Source: an uncultured Actinomycetes bacterium | Lineage (GTDB): Bacteria > Actinomycetota > UBA4738 > HRBIN12 | Direction: 5' to 3' | Length of the DNA stretch: 64,000 nt | Assembly: GCA_963719165.1 (NCBI GenBank) | Contig: CAVRAV010000001.1 | Coordinates: 1,829,215 to 1,893,214, forward strand | Shown here: positions 50,184 through 62,719 of the stretch, piece by piece | How the letters are laid out: the number at the start of each line of letters is the position of its first letter | Numbering within the stretch: position 1 is the stretch's first letter | Program-made: the position numbers and the translations under genes | The notes under the pieces: model-generated | What the model was told of the DNA's origin: nothing | The model's database searches: none | Seen by the model: the letters and a program-made list of their open reading frames with translations, nothing else

Positions 50184-51887
50184 ATGGCCGGGGCCTACGA
50201 CTTCGTGATCATCGGCGGCGGATCGGCCGGTAGCGCGCTCGCGAACCGACTGAGCGCCGACCCGGCGAACCGGGTCCTGGTGCTCGAGGCCGGGCGCTCG
50301 GACTACCCGTGGGACGTCTTCATCCACATGCCGGCAGCCCTCGCGTTCCCGATCGGCAGTCGGTTCTACGACTGGAGATACGAGTCCGAGCCCGAGCCGT
50401 TCATGAACGGGCGACGCATCTATCACGCGCGCGGCAAGGTCCTCGGCGGCTCCAGCAGCATCAACGGCATGATCTTCCAACGAGGCAACCCGCTCGATTA
50501 CGAGCGTTGGGGCGCCGATCCGGGCATGGAGACGTGGGACTACGCGCACTGCCTCCCCTACTTCAAGAGGATGGAGAATTGCCTGGCGGCGGATCTGGAC
50601 GACGCCTTCCGCGGCCACGCGGGCCCGCTCGTGCTGGAGCGCGGCCCGGCCTCGAACCCGCTGTTCGGCGCCTTCTTCGAGGCCGTCCAGCAGGCGGGAT
50701 ATCCCCTCACCGGGGACGTGAACGGGTATCGCCAGGAGGGGTTCGCGCCGTTCGATCGCAACGTCCATCGCGGGCGCCGCCTCTCGGCGGCGCGCGCCTA
50801 CCTGCATCCGGTGATGGGGCGAGGGAACCTCGAGGTCAAGACCCGCGCGTACGTCTCCAAGATCGTCTTCGAAGGCGAGCGTGCCGTGGGGGTCGAGTTC
50901 ACGCAGGGACGGGGATCGATCACCCGGGTGCGGACGGGCAACGTGGTCCTGTGCGGCGGGGCCATCAACTCGCCACAGCTGCTGCAGCTCTCCGGGGTGG
51001 GCGACGCCGAGGCCCTCGCCGCCCTCGGCATCCCCGTGGTCGCCGACGTGCCGGGCGTTGGTGAGCACCTCCAGGACCATCTGGAGGTCTACATCCAGTA
51101 CGCGAGCAAGCAGCCCGTCTCCATCGCCCCCGGCATGAAGCTGTGGCGTCGTCCGTTGATCGGTGCGCAGTGGCTCTTCCTGCGCTCGGGTCTGGGCGCA
51201 AGCAACCACTTCGAGGCGGGCGGGTTCGTCCGCGGCGATGACGACGTTGCCTATCCGAACCTGATGTTTCACTTCCTGCCGATCGCCATCCGCTACGACG
51301 GTTCGGCGCCCGCGGGGGATCACGGGTACCAGGTGCACGTCGGCCCCATGTACTCGGACGCGCGCGGCACCGTGAAGATCGAGAGTTCCGACCCGAGGCG
51401 GAAGCCGGCGCTGCGATTCAACTACCTGTCCACCGACCAGGACCGCCGCGAGTGGATCGAGGCGATCCACGTGGCGCGCGACATCCTGACCCAGCCAGCG
51501 TTCGAGCCGTTCAACGGTGGCGAGCTCTCACCCGGCGAGGGGGTCGCCACCGACGAGGAGGTGCTCGCGTGGGTGGCGAGCGATGCCGAGACCGCCCTGC
51601 ATCCTTCCTGTACGGCGCGGATGGGCGTCGATGACCTGTCGGTCACCGACCCGCATACCATGGGGGTCCGTGGCCTCGAAGGACTCCACGTGGTCGACGC
51701 CTCGGTGATGCCGTACGTGACGAACGGCAACATCTACGCCCCCGTCATGATGGTGGCGGAGCGTGCGGCGGACCTGATCCTCGGCAACACGCCGCTGGAG
51801 CCCGAACCGGTCGCGTTCTATCGGCACACGGATGACCGAACGGGCGATCCGGCGGGGAAGACGGCCGTCGAGCAAGGGGGGAACTAG
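50184..51887 (+). CDS. betA: Choline dehydrogenase (GMC oxidoreductase)
   Basis: [24 protein letters not shown]...[14 protein letters not shown] is the GMC signature. The ORF is 567 aa. Confidence 0.8.
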   Translation: MAGAYDFVIIGGGSAGSALANRLSADPANRVLVLEAGRSDYPWDVFIHMPAALAFPIGSRFYDWRYESEPEPFMNGRRIYHARGKVLGGSSSINGMIFQRGNPLDYERWGADPGMETWDYAHCLPYFKRMENCLAADLDDAFRGHAGPLVLERGPASNPLFGAFFEAVQQAGYPLTGDVNGYRQEGFAPFDRNVHRGRRLSAARAYLHPVMGRGNLEVKTRAYVSKIVFEGERAVGVEFTQGRGSITRVRTGNVVLCGGAINSPQLLQLSGVGDAEALAALGIPVVADVPGVGEHLQDHLEVYIQYASKQPVSIAPGMKLWRRPLIGAQWLFLRSGLGASNHFEAGGFVRGDDDVAYPNLMFHFLPIAIRYDGSAPAGDHGYQVHVGPMYSDARGTVKIESSDPRRKPALRFNYLSTDQDRREWIEAIHVARDILTQPAFEPFNGGELSPGEGVATDEEVLAWVASDAETALHPSCTARMGVDDLSVTDPHTMGVRGLEGLHVVDASVMPYVTNGNIYAPVMMVAERAADLILGNTPLEPEPVAFYRHTDDRTGDPAGKTAVEQGGN

Positions 51888-52735
51888 CTTCCCACCCCCA
51901 ACACGATCAACCCCGCGACCGCCACGAACGCGCCCAGGATCTGGTTCGGCACCGGCCGCTCGTGCAGGAACACCACGGACAAGGCCACCGCGATCAGCGG
52001 GAAGATCGCCGAGGCCACGAGGACGATCGAGAGGAACCCGGCCTCGGCGCCCGAAGAGAACGCGACCACCCCGACCAGGTCCACGAGGCCGGTGGCCACC
52101 GCGGCGGTGGTGCCCACGTTGCGGCCGATGCTCCGCAGATCGTTCCGCTGGATCGCCGCGAGCCCGGCGAAGCACACGAGCTGTGCGGTGCGCGAGGCCC
52201 ACAGGGCCGGCACCCACCCCACCTGCTTCGCCCCCCAGCCGAGGATGAAGCCGCCGATCCCGAACAGCACGGCCGCGGCGACCGCCCACGGGAGGCCGGG
52301 GGGCACGCCGTGGGTTCCGGCACGCAACTTGCGCAGGTCCGTGGAGGCGAGCATGACTCCCACCACGGTCACGGCCGCGCCGGCCAACGCCACGGGACCG
52401 GGACGTTCGTGCAGGATCACCATCGACAGCGCCACGCCCACCAGGGCGTACGCCGCGCTGATCGGCGAGACCACCACCATCGGCCCGAGCTGCAGGGCGC
52501 GATAGTGCGTGGTGTAGGCCCCCGCCGACACCACCCCGTTCAGCAGCATCCACCCCGCGATCGGCCCCAGGACGGCCACGTCGTGGTGGCCCGCGAAGAG
52601 CAGCACGGTCACCACGACCGCGCTCAGCCCCTGCGCGACGAGGACCGTGGAGACGCTGCCGATCCTGCGGCCCGAAACCGCCCCTGTGAAGTCCGCCGAG
52701 CCCCACCCGAGCGCGGCGACGAGCCCGTAGATCAC
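51884..52735 (-). CDS. EamA/DMT-family transporter
   Basis: The GTG at 52735 overlaps the upstream ACS stop (GTGA). [18 protein letters not shown] opens 10 predicted TM segments. Confidence 0.7.
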   Translation of the reverse strand: MIYGLVAALGWGSADFTGAVSGRRIGSVSTVLVAQGLSAVVVTVLLFAGHHDVAVLGPIAGWMLLNGVVSAGAYTTHYRALQLGPMVVVSPISAAYALVGVALSMVILHERPGPVALAGAAVTVVGVMLASTDLRKLRAGTHGVPPGLPWAVAAAVLFGIGGFILGWGAKQVGWVPALWASRTAQLVCFAGLAAIQRNDLRSIGRNVGTTAAVATGLVDLVGVVAFSSGAEAGFLSIVLVASAIFPLIAVALSVVFLHERPVPNQILGAFVAVAGLIVLGVGS

Positions 52736-54831
52736 GCGGGCCGGGCTTCCGCGAGCGCGTCGACCGCGACGGCGCCTCGCTCCCCCACCAGCAGCGGATT
52801 GGCCTCCAGGGCCACGATCCGGTCCTGCAGGTCGTGCGCCGCCCACGCGATCGCCTCGACGGCGCGGGCCGTGGCGCGCAGGTCGTGGCGCGCAGGATCG
52901 AGACCGCACCGCGACGCCTGAGCGTGCGTGAAGGACAGCGCCTGCTTCGCGCTCAAAGGACACGGCACGAAGACCGCCTCCCCCGATTCCGCGCGCACCC
53001 CGCCGGGGCGCACGGTGATCATGGCGCCGAAGCGCCCGTCGATCAGCGCGCCGACGAGCACCTCCGTACCGCTCATCATCTGCTGGACGAGGACGCGAGG
53101 CCTTTCGGCACCTGCCCGACTCGCGGCCTCGAGCACCTCCGTGGACGCCCGCTCGACATCGGCCGCGTTCGCGATCGCGAGCCGAACGCCACCCAGCCGT
53201 GCCTTGTGCGGGACCTCGGCGGCGAGGGCCTTGACCGCCACGGGGAACCCGATCGTTCGCGCGAACGCCGCGGCACGCCGAGGCGTCGAGCACGACGCCT
53301 CGCGGGGACGCCGAACCCCGTAGAGGGCGAGGAGCTTGGCACCCACGACCTCGTCAAGCGGCCCGACGCGGCCGCGCAGGATCCGCATCGCTCTGCCGCG
53401 GTTGGCGTGGGCCGGCCGGTGCGACACGGCCCTGGCGCGCGAACCCTGGAACGCGATCAACGCCTCGATGGCTCCCGCGGCCGCCCGATGCCCCTGGAGG
53501 AAGGGCAGCTTCCAGCGCCTCGTGAAGGCGATCGCCTCGGGGGTGTAGGCGAGCGGGCTCATCGCGACGCTCGCGAACGCGACCCCGGTCTCGCGCTGCA
53601 GCTGCAGCGCCTTGCGCAAGACGGGGTCGGCCCAGGGGGTCTCGCCTGCCAGCCGCGGCGGGAACGCGTCGAACGCGATCAATCCCACGGCGGGGTCGCG
53701 GGCGAGCGCCTCGAGCGCACCCTCGAACATCGAGGTCTCCACCGCGGCCTGACCCGTGACGTCGAGGGGATTGTTCTGTGATGCGAAGTGCGGCAGGACC
53801 CGCCGCAGCTTGGTCTTCGTCCCCGCCGTGAACGCCGGGAGCTCGAGGCCCTTGGCTCCGGCCGCCTCCGCGAACAGCGTGCAGGCGCCGCCGGATTGCA
53901 GGGCGGCCGCCACGCCGGGCGCCCGGAGTCTCTTCACTCGACTCAGGAGCACCGCGGCTTCGAACATGGTCACGGGGTCCTCGACCATCACGACCCCGTG
54001 CCCACGCAACCACGCGTCGCGGAGGCCGGTGTCGCCGGCCAACGCCCCCGTGTGGGCCACGATCGACAGGCGGGCCGCCTCGCTCCGGCCTTGCGGTGCG
54101 CAGATCAAGGTGGGCTTGCCCGCGGCCCGCAGCGCTTCGAGACCGCGCGCGATGCCCTCCACGTCTCGCATCGTCTCGATGTACGAGGTCACCACCTTCG
54201 TCTTCGGGTCCGCTGCGGCCCAGGCGAAGAGGTCTCCCAAGCCCAGGACGGCCTCGTTCCCGACGCCGAGGATGAGGCGCATGCCGACACCTCGGTCCGA
54301 CGCGAGCTGGTTCATCGCCCACGCGACGGTCCCGCTCTGCGAGATCACGCTGATCGAACCGGCCACCGGGACGGGCGGGGGCGTCGTGCCGTAGGGCGCG
54401 ACATGGTCAATGTAGTTGACGAACCCCTCGACGTTCGGTCCCAGGATCGGGATCCCGGTGCGGAGGGAGGCCGCACGCAGCTCCTCCTGGAGCGCCCGTC
54501 CCTCGTCGCCCGCCTCGGCGAACCCGGAGGAGACGACCATGGCTGCCCGCACGCCCACGGCGCCGCAGTCGTCGATCATCCTGACCACGACGCGCGCGGG
54601 CACGACGAAGACCACCAGGTCGATGCCGTGCGGAAGCTCCCTGATGGAGGCGCGGCACGGCCGGCCCCACACCTCGGCGTACTTGGGGTTCACGGGAAGG
54701 AGCTCCCCGGTGTATCCGAGGTGACGTAGCGATCGTTCGATCTCGGGGGCCCACGAGTCCGGGGATTCCGACGCCCCCACGATCGCGATGGATCGAGGCG
54801 CGAGCAGGGGCGTGAGATCGGGCGGGATCAC
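52732..54831 (-). CDS. Acyl-CoA synthetase (NDP/ADP-forming; CoA-binding + succinyl-CoA-synthetase-like + ATP-grasp), intact
   Basis: The GTG at 54831 overlaps the enoyl-CoA hydratase stop (GTGA). LLAPRSIAIVGASESPDSWA is the CoA-binding motif. VISQSGTVAW is also present. A C-terminal ATP-grasp domain follows. The ORF is 700 aa. Confidence 0.8.
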   Translation of the reverse strand: MIPPDLTPLLAPRSIAIVGASESPDSWAPEIERSLRHLGYTGELLPVNPKYAEVWGRPCRASIRELPHGIDLVVFVVPARVVVRMIDDCGAVGVRAAMVVSSGFAEAGDEGRALQEELRAASLRTGIPILGPNVEGFVNYIDHVAPYGTTPPPVPVAGSISVISQSGTVAWAMNQLASDRGVGMRLILGVGNEAVLGLGDLFAWAAADPKTKVVTSYIETMRDVEGIARGLEALRAAGKPTLICAPQGRSEAARLSIVAHTGALAGDTGLRDAWLRGHGVVMVEDPVTMFEAAVLLSRVKRLRAPGVAAALQSGGACTLFAEAAGAKGLELPAFTAGTKTKLRRVLPHFASQNNPLDVTGQAAVETSMFEGALEALARDPAVGLIAFDAFPPRLAGETPWADPVLRKALQLQRETGVAFASVAMSPLAYTPEAIAFTRRWKLPFLQGHRAAAGAIEALIAFQGSRARAVSHRPAHANRGRAMRILRGRVGPLDEVVGAKLLALYGVRRPREASCSTPRRAAAFARTIGFPVAVKALAAEVPHKARLGGVRLAIANAADVERASTEVLEAASRAGAERPRVLVQQMMSGTEVLVGALIDGRFGAMITVRPGGVRAESGEAVFVPCPLSAKQALSFTHAQASRCGLDPARHDLRATARAVEAIAWAAHDLQDRIVALEANPLLVGERGAVAVDALAEARPA

Positions 54832-55661
54832 GACCCCTGGTCCCGGAACCTCGCGTCCCTCCAGGCGATCGCCGCCTTCAGACCCTCCGCCTGCGTGATG
54901 CGACGGAACTCGTCGCGGGCGGGGAGGTTCGCGGTCTCGATCATGACGTCCAGCTCGATGTTCGCCGCGAGCGCCGTGCGGAATCCGGCCACGTCCCAGG
55001 CCCGATTCGCGGCTCGCTTCGCGGTCTGCACCACGAAGGGTTCGTTCTTCGCGACCTCGGTCGCGAGCGCGAGGGTGGCATCGTCCAGGTCCTCGCGCGC
55101 GACGACGCGGTTCACGAGGCCGATCCGCAGGGCCTCGTCGGCCGAGACGCGGTCCTCGCCCGTGAAGAGGAGCTCCTTGGCCTTGCGCACCCCCACCACC
55201 CACGGCAGGAACATCGAGACGACGCCCGAGCCGAATCGGATGTCCACGTACCCGAACTTCGCGTCGTCGGCGGCGACCGCCAGGTCGCACGCGAGCATGA
55301 GGTCGGTGCCGCCGGCGAGGCAGTACGAGTGCACCTGCGCGATCGTGGGCTTCGGGCAGTCGGTGAACTCGAGCATGCGCTCGAGGGAGGTGGCGAGCGA
55401 GCGATGCCAGACACGGGCGTCGAGCTCGCCCTCGGCGGCGTCCTCGTTGAGGTCGTAGCCCGAGCAGAACGCCCGGCCGGCGCCACGCAGGACCACCACG
55501 CGAACGGCGTCGTCCGCGCCCGCGGCGCGGACCGCCTCCGAGAGCCCCTCGACCAGCTCGTGGTTCAAGGCGTTCAACGCGTTCGGCCGGTTCATGGTCA
55601 GCCGCCGAACGGGGCCGAGATCCTCGACGACGACGGGTTCGGTGGCTGTTGCCTCGCGCAC
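54828..55661 (-). CDS. Enoyl-CoA hydratase/isomerase (crotonase family)
   Basis: GTG at 55661 after AGGGAAGG. LNRPNALNALN...VVVLRGAGRAFCSGYDL...LAGGTDLMLACDLAVA are crotonase motifs. Confidence 0.85.
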   Translation of the reverse strand: MREATATEPVVVEDLGPVRRLTMNRPNALNALNHELVEGLSEAVRAAGADDAVRVVVLRGAGRAFCSGYDLNEDAAEGELDARVWHRSLATSLERMLEFTDCPKPTIAQVHSYCLAGGTDLMLACDLAVAADDAKFGYVDIRFGSGVVSMFLPWVVGVRKAKELLFTGEDRVSADEALRIGLVNRVVAREDLDDATLALATEVAKNEPFVVQTAKRAANRAWDVAGFRTALAANIELDVMIETANLPARDEFRRITQAEGLKAAIAWRDARFRDQGS

Positions 55662-55730
55662 GGGCCTTCCCTTCTTCTCGTGCTCGGTGGACGTGAGGCC
55701 CGGATGCTAGCAACGACGCGGGTGGGGCGC

Positions 55731-58348
<2,618 letters not shown>

Positions 58349-58356
<8 letters not shown>

Positions 58357-59335
58357 CGTCACCATCGAGGTCACGCCCGGCGGGATCCCGCAGGGACCGC
58401 CGAGCCGGCGCGAGGCCCGACGACGAGCCCGGGAAGACGAGGGCACGTGGTCGCCGAGGTGGTACTGGCCGTCCCTCGCGGCGCCGTCCACGATCTGGCT
58501 GCTGATCTTCTTCCTCGTGCCCCTCTACGTCGTCGTGTCCGTCGCGTTCGGCACCTCGGGCCCGATCTTCGGCGAGCCGCTGCCCGTCTACGAACCGTGG
58601 TACTGGAGCACGTCTTCCTTCCAGCAGGTCCTCGGGCGGTTCTTCGGTGACGCGGCGTTCTGGCAGCCTGCCCTCATCCGGACGTTCGTCTTCGTGGCCA
58701 TCGCCTCCGTCATCTGCGTCGTGGTGGGCTTCCTGGTCGCGTACTACGTCGCCCGCTACGGCGGGAAGCGCAAGACCCTCTACCTCGTGCTCCTCGTGGC
58801 GCCGTTCTGGATCAGCTACCTCATGCGGATCTTCGCGTGGCAGAGCCTGTTGACCGCCGAGGGGTGGGTGAACCGGGTGCTCCAGTTCTTCCACGTCATC
58901 TCGGCCCCGGTTGACTGGCTCTCCGGCAAGCCCATCACGGTGATCCTCTCGCTCGTCTACGGCTATATCCCGTACATGATCCTGCCGATCTACGGCGGGA
59001 TCGATCGAATGAACCTCAGCCTGCTGGAGGCGAGCCGGGACCTCGGAGCCGGGCCCCTGCGCACGTTCCTGCGGGTGACGGTCCCGGTGTCCAAACAGGC
59101 CATCCTGGCCGGCGTGGTGATCGTGTCGCTCCCGATGTTCGGCGACTACTACACGAACAACCTGATGGGGTCCCCGCGAACCTCCATGTTCGGGAACCTG
59201 ATCGACAAGACCGTGACCCAATCGAACCAGGGACCGCGCGCGGGCTCGCTCGTCCTCATGCTCATGGTGATCTTGATCATCCCGATGGCCTACTACCTGC
59301 GGTCGACACGGCGAGCGGCGGAGGGACTCGAATGA
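58349..59335 (+). CDS. Polyamine ABC transporter permease (PotB-like)
   Basis: The GTG at 58349 overlaps the SBP stop. The ORF is a 6-TM permease. Confidence 0.75.
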
Positions 59336-60267
59336 GCGAAGTCGCGGTGCAGGCCGGTGGGGGCACCGCGGGGATCGGCGCGTCGCCGAAGCCCGCCGGG
59401 AACTGGCTGACCAGCCCATGGCGCAAACCGATCTTCCTTCGGACGTTCACGTGGGCATACATCGCGTGGTCGATCGTGCCCGTCATCATCGCGATCGGAT
59501 TCAGCTTCAATGCCGGGCGGTCCCGGAGCATCTGGCAAGGGTTCTCGTTCAGATGGTGGTGGCAGGACCCCACCGACTCGCTCTTCCAGGATCCGGCGCT
59601 GCGCCAGGCCATCGTGCAGAGCCTCAAGCTGTCCGTCATCACGATGCTGATCGCGGTGCCGCTCGGCACGATGTTCGCGATCGCGATCGACCGCTGGCAC
59701 ACGCGGCCCGCCAAGTTCGCCAACTTCGGCATGTTGTTCTCCTTCGTGCTACCGGAGATCATCCTGGGCGTCGCCCTGTGGCTGCTGTTCACGAACCTGT
59801 TGAAGTCCGTGCTCGGCCTCGGCACCACGGCACAGCTGCTCGGCTTGATCACCTTCCAGCTCTCCTATCCGGTGATCATCGTCCGGGCACGATTACTGAC
59901 GATCGGGCCGTTCTACGAAGAAGCCGCGATGGACCTGGGGGCGAAGCCGCGCCAGGCGATCACGAGCGTCCTGCTTCCGCTCCTGTACCCCGCCATCTTC
60001 GCGAGCTTCGCGATCGTGTTCGCGGATACCATCGACGACTTCGTCACCGTGAACTACCTCGCCTCGACCGTGGCGACCCAGCCGCTGTCCGTGAAGATCT
60101 ATTCCGCCGCGCGCTCCTCGCCCACCCCGTCCGTGAACGCGGCGGCGACCTTCATGTTGATCTCCACGTTCGTCGCGATCGGTCTGGCGCTGATCGTGTA
60201 CCGGTTCCTCACACGCGGCCAGCGGTCCGAAGGCGCCTCGAGCGTGACGGAGTTCGCCGGCTTCTGA
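59332..60267 (+). CDS. Polyamine ABC transporter permease (PotC-like)
   Basis: The ATGA overlaps the PotB-like gene. The product MSEVAVQAGG... is a 311-aa permease. Confidence 0.75.
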   Translation: MSEVAVQAGGGTAGIGASPKPAGNWLTSPWRKPIFLRTFTWAYIAWSIVPVIIAIGFSFNAGRSRSIWQGFSFRWWWQDPTDSLFQDPALRQAIVQSLKLSVITMLIAVPLGTMFAIAIDRWHTRPAKFANFGMLFSFVLPEIILGVALWLLFTNLLKSVLGLGTTAQLLGLITFQLSYPVIIVRARLLTIGPFYEEAAMDLGAKPRQAITSVLLPLLYPAIFASFAIVFADTIDDFVTVNYLASTVATQPLSVKIYSAARSSPTPSVNAAATFMLISTFVAIGLALIVYRFLTRGQRSEGASSVTEFAGF

Positions 60268-60303
60268 GGTGCGCGGCGGCCGGCATCCGGCCTTGGTGGA
60301 TGC

Positions 60304-61425
60304 TCAGTGGTCGACGAGGGCAGCGTCGTCGTCGTCGCTCAGGCCCGTCCCGCCCTGGGACAGCACGCGCAACGCCTCGCGCGGGAAATGCACGGTCACG
60401 GGGTTCCCCGACTCGTAGGGCACCGCGCCCCCCTCGTTCTGGATCCAGGCCTGGGTCGTTTCGCCAGGTGCGAGATGCACGATCACCTGGAGCACCGACC
60501 CGACGTACACCACCCGCTCCACCATGCCCGGGACCCGGTTCTCGCCGGTGGTGCCCTGCGCCTGCAGATCCACGCGCTCCGGACGGATCGTGATCTTGGC
60601 GGCGCCACTCGTGTCGGCGTCTCCCCGGCCGGCGATAAGGTCGAAATCGCCGAGCTTGACGCGGCATCCTCCGTCGCCGGGTCCCGAGGCCGTGGCCTCC
60701 ATGAGGTTCGACACGCCCAGGAAGTCCGCGACGTAGGCCGTCGCGGGCTCCTCGTAGATCTCCTTCGGGGGCCCCACCTGCTCCACACGGCCTTGCGACA
60801 TCACGGCGATGCGATCCGACATCGTCAGCGCCTCCTCCTGGTCGTGCGTCACGTAGACGAACGTGATGCCGACCTCCTCCTGGAGCGCCTTCAATTCGAT
60901 CTGGAGGCGCTTACGCAGCTTGGCGTCGAGCGCGCCCAACGGCTCGTCCAGGAGCAGCACGGCGGGGTTCAGGATGAGCGCGCGCGCGAGCGCGACGCGC
61001 TGCTGCTGCCCGCCGGAGAGTTGGTTCGGGCGACGCTTGCCGAAGTCGCTCAGCGCGACCATGTCCAAGGCCGCCCCGACGCGCTTGCGCGTCTCCTCCT
61101 TCGAGGCCTTCTGATACTTCAGCCCGAACGCGACGTTGTCGGCGACGGTGAGATGGGGGAACAGCGCGTAGTTCTGGAACACGGTGTTCACGTTGCGACG
61201 ATGGGGCGGGACCTGCGCCATGTCCACGCCGTCGAGGAGGATCTGGCCCTCGGACGGCCGCTCGAACCCCGCGATCATCCGCAGGGACGTCGTCTTCCCG
61301 CATCCCGAGGGACCCAAGAGCGAGAAGAACTCACCCGACGGCATGTCGAGGTTGATGCCCGCGACCGCCGTGAAGTCACCGAAGCGTTTCACGAGGTCGA
61401 CCAGCTGAACCTCTCCGCCCGCCAT
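60304..61425 (-). CDS. Polyamine ABC transporter ATP-binding protein (PotA-like), convergent to potBC
   Basis: GPSGCGKTT is the Walker [16 protein letters not shown] is the signature. A C-terminal TOBE domain follows. Confidence 0.8.
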   Translation of the reverse strand: MAGGEVQLVDLVKRFGDFTAVAGINLDMPSGEFFSLLGPSGCGKTTSLRMIAGFERPSEGQILLDGVDMAQVPPHRRNVNTVFQNYALFPHLTVADNVAFGLKYQKASKEETRKRVGAALDMVALSDFGKRRPNQLSGGQQQRVALARALILNPAVLLLDEPLGALDAKLRKRLQIELKALQEEVGITFVYVTHDQEEALTMSDRIAVMSQGRVEQVGPPKEIYEEPATAYVADFLGVSNLMEATASGPGDGGCRVKLGDFDLIAGRGDADTSGAAKITIRPERVDLQAQGTTGENRVPGMVERVVYVGSVLQVIVHLAPGETTQAWIQNEGGAVPYESGNPVTVHFPREALRVLSQGGTGLSDDDDAALVDH

Positions 61426-61504
61426 CGTGCGCGGAGTCTAGCCCATCGTCCCTGGACCCGGTCAAGGCGGCGAGCCCCGGAGGGCGCCATGGGATGATGC
61501 CGCG

Positions 61505-62719
61505 ATGGACGAGCTCGGCCCTCGGCCGCGATCCGATCCGATCCCGGACGATGCGGCCGACGGAGCCCGCGCGCCGGTCGTTCCCCTCCTTGCGGGGTAC
61601 TGGTCGTTCGGTCAGTACTGGGGAGTGTGGGTCATCCTCGTCTTCGAGTACCAACGTCACCACGGGATCGGCGACGCGCGCCTCGGCCTGCTGTACACCT
61701 TCCTGTCGATCGTCGCGGTCGTGGTCATGCTCCTGATCGCCCCCCGCATGCAGCCCTTATCCCTGCGGACGAGCGTGACGCTGTCCCTGGCCACCCTCGC
61801 GCTCGCGAGCGTGGCGATCGGGTTCCTCCCCGGTTCCTTGATCGCTCTCGGATTCGTGCTCGTGGGGGCCGGCAACGGTCTGATCGACGTGTTCCTGAAC
61901 GTCGCCGCGCAGCGCGCGGAAACCCAGCGCAAGAGGCCGGTCCTGCAGTGGCTGCATGCGTCCTACGCCCTCGGTGGCGTGACCGGCGCGGCGGCGGCGG
62001 CGGCGGTGCGCGCAGGTGGCCTGGACTATCGGTGGGGTTTCGCCTACGCGGCCTCGGCCCTGGCGGCGACGACCATATGGAACGCCGTGACGGCTTCGCG
62101 AGAACGGGCACCCGCGGGCACCGAGACATCCCTGTCCATCTCCACGCTGTCGCGAACGCCGGCGCTGTGGATCCCGGCGCTCGCGGTCTTGTTCGCGTTC
62201 CTCGTGGAGGGATCCATGGACACGTGGTCCGGCCTGTACCTGCGCGACGGACTGGGGGCCTCCGCCACGATCGCGGCCGTTGCGTTCATGGCGTTCTCGG
62301 GAGCGACCTTCTTCGGAAGACTCTTCGCGGGGCGCGTCTTGTTCAGCCTGGGCGGGCGGAGCACGATCCTCGCCTCCGGCGTGGGATCTGCGATCGCGGG
62401 CTCGCTCGCGGTCCTCACGAGCAACCCCTGGATCGTGGGCCTCGCGTTCCTCCTGCTCGGGTTCTCGATCAGTGCGGCCGCCCCCGCGGGCTTCGGGCTC
62501 ACGGAGAGCATCGACGAGGACCCGACGAACGCCATCACGGCAGTGACCACCGTGGGCTACTCCGGGTTCATCTGGAGCCCGCCCCTGTTGGGGTGGATCG
62601 CGCAGACCGTCGATCTGCGCGCGGCGATGGCCGTCATCGTGGCCGGCACGTTCGGGCTCATCGTGGTCGGCTCCCTCGCCCCGCGGGGGGTGCGGGAGCC
62701 GGTCAGTCCGCCAGGTTGA
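61505..62719 (+). CDS. MFS transporter
   Basis: 404 aa with 12 predicted TM segments and typical MFS loop motifs. Confidence 0.65.
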   Translation: MDELGPRPRSDPIPDDAADGARAPVVPLLAGYWSFGQYWGVWVILVFEYQRHHGIGDARLGLLYTFLSIVAVVVMLLIAPRMQPLSLRTSVTLSLATLALASVAIGFLPGSLIALGFVLVGAGNGLIDVFLNVAAQRAETQRKRPVLQWLHASYALGGVTGAAAAAAVRAGGLDYRWGFAYAASALAATTIWNAVTASRERAPAGTETSLSISTLSRTPALWIPALAVLFAFLVEGSMDTWSGLYLRDGLGASATIAAVAFMAFSGATFFGRLFAGRVLFSLGGRSTILASGVGSAIAGSLAVLTSNPWIVGLAFLLLGFSISAAAPAGFGLTESIDEDPTNAITAVTTVGYSGFIWSPPLLGWIAQTVDLRAAMAVIVAGTFGLIVVGSLAPRGVREPVSPPG

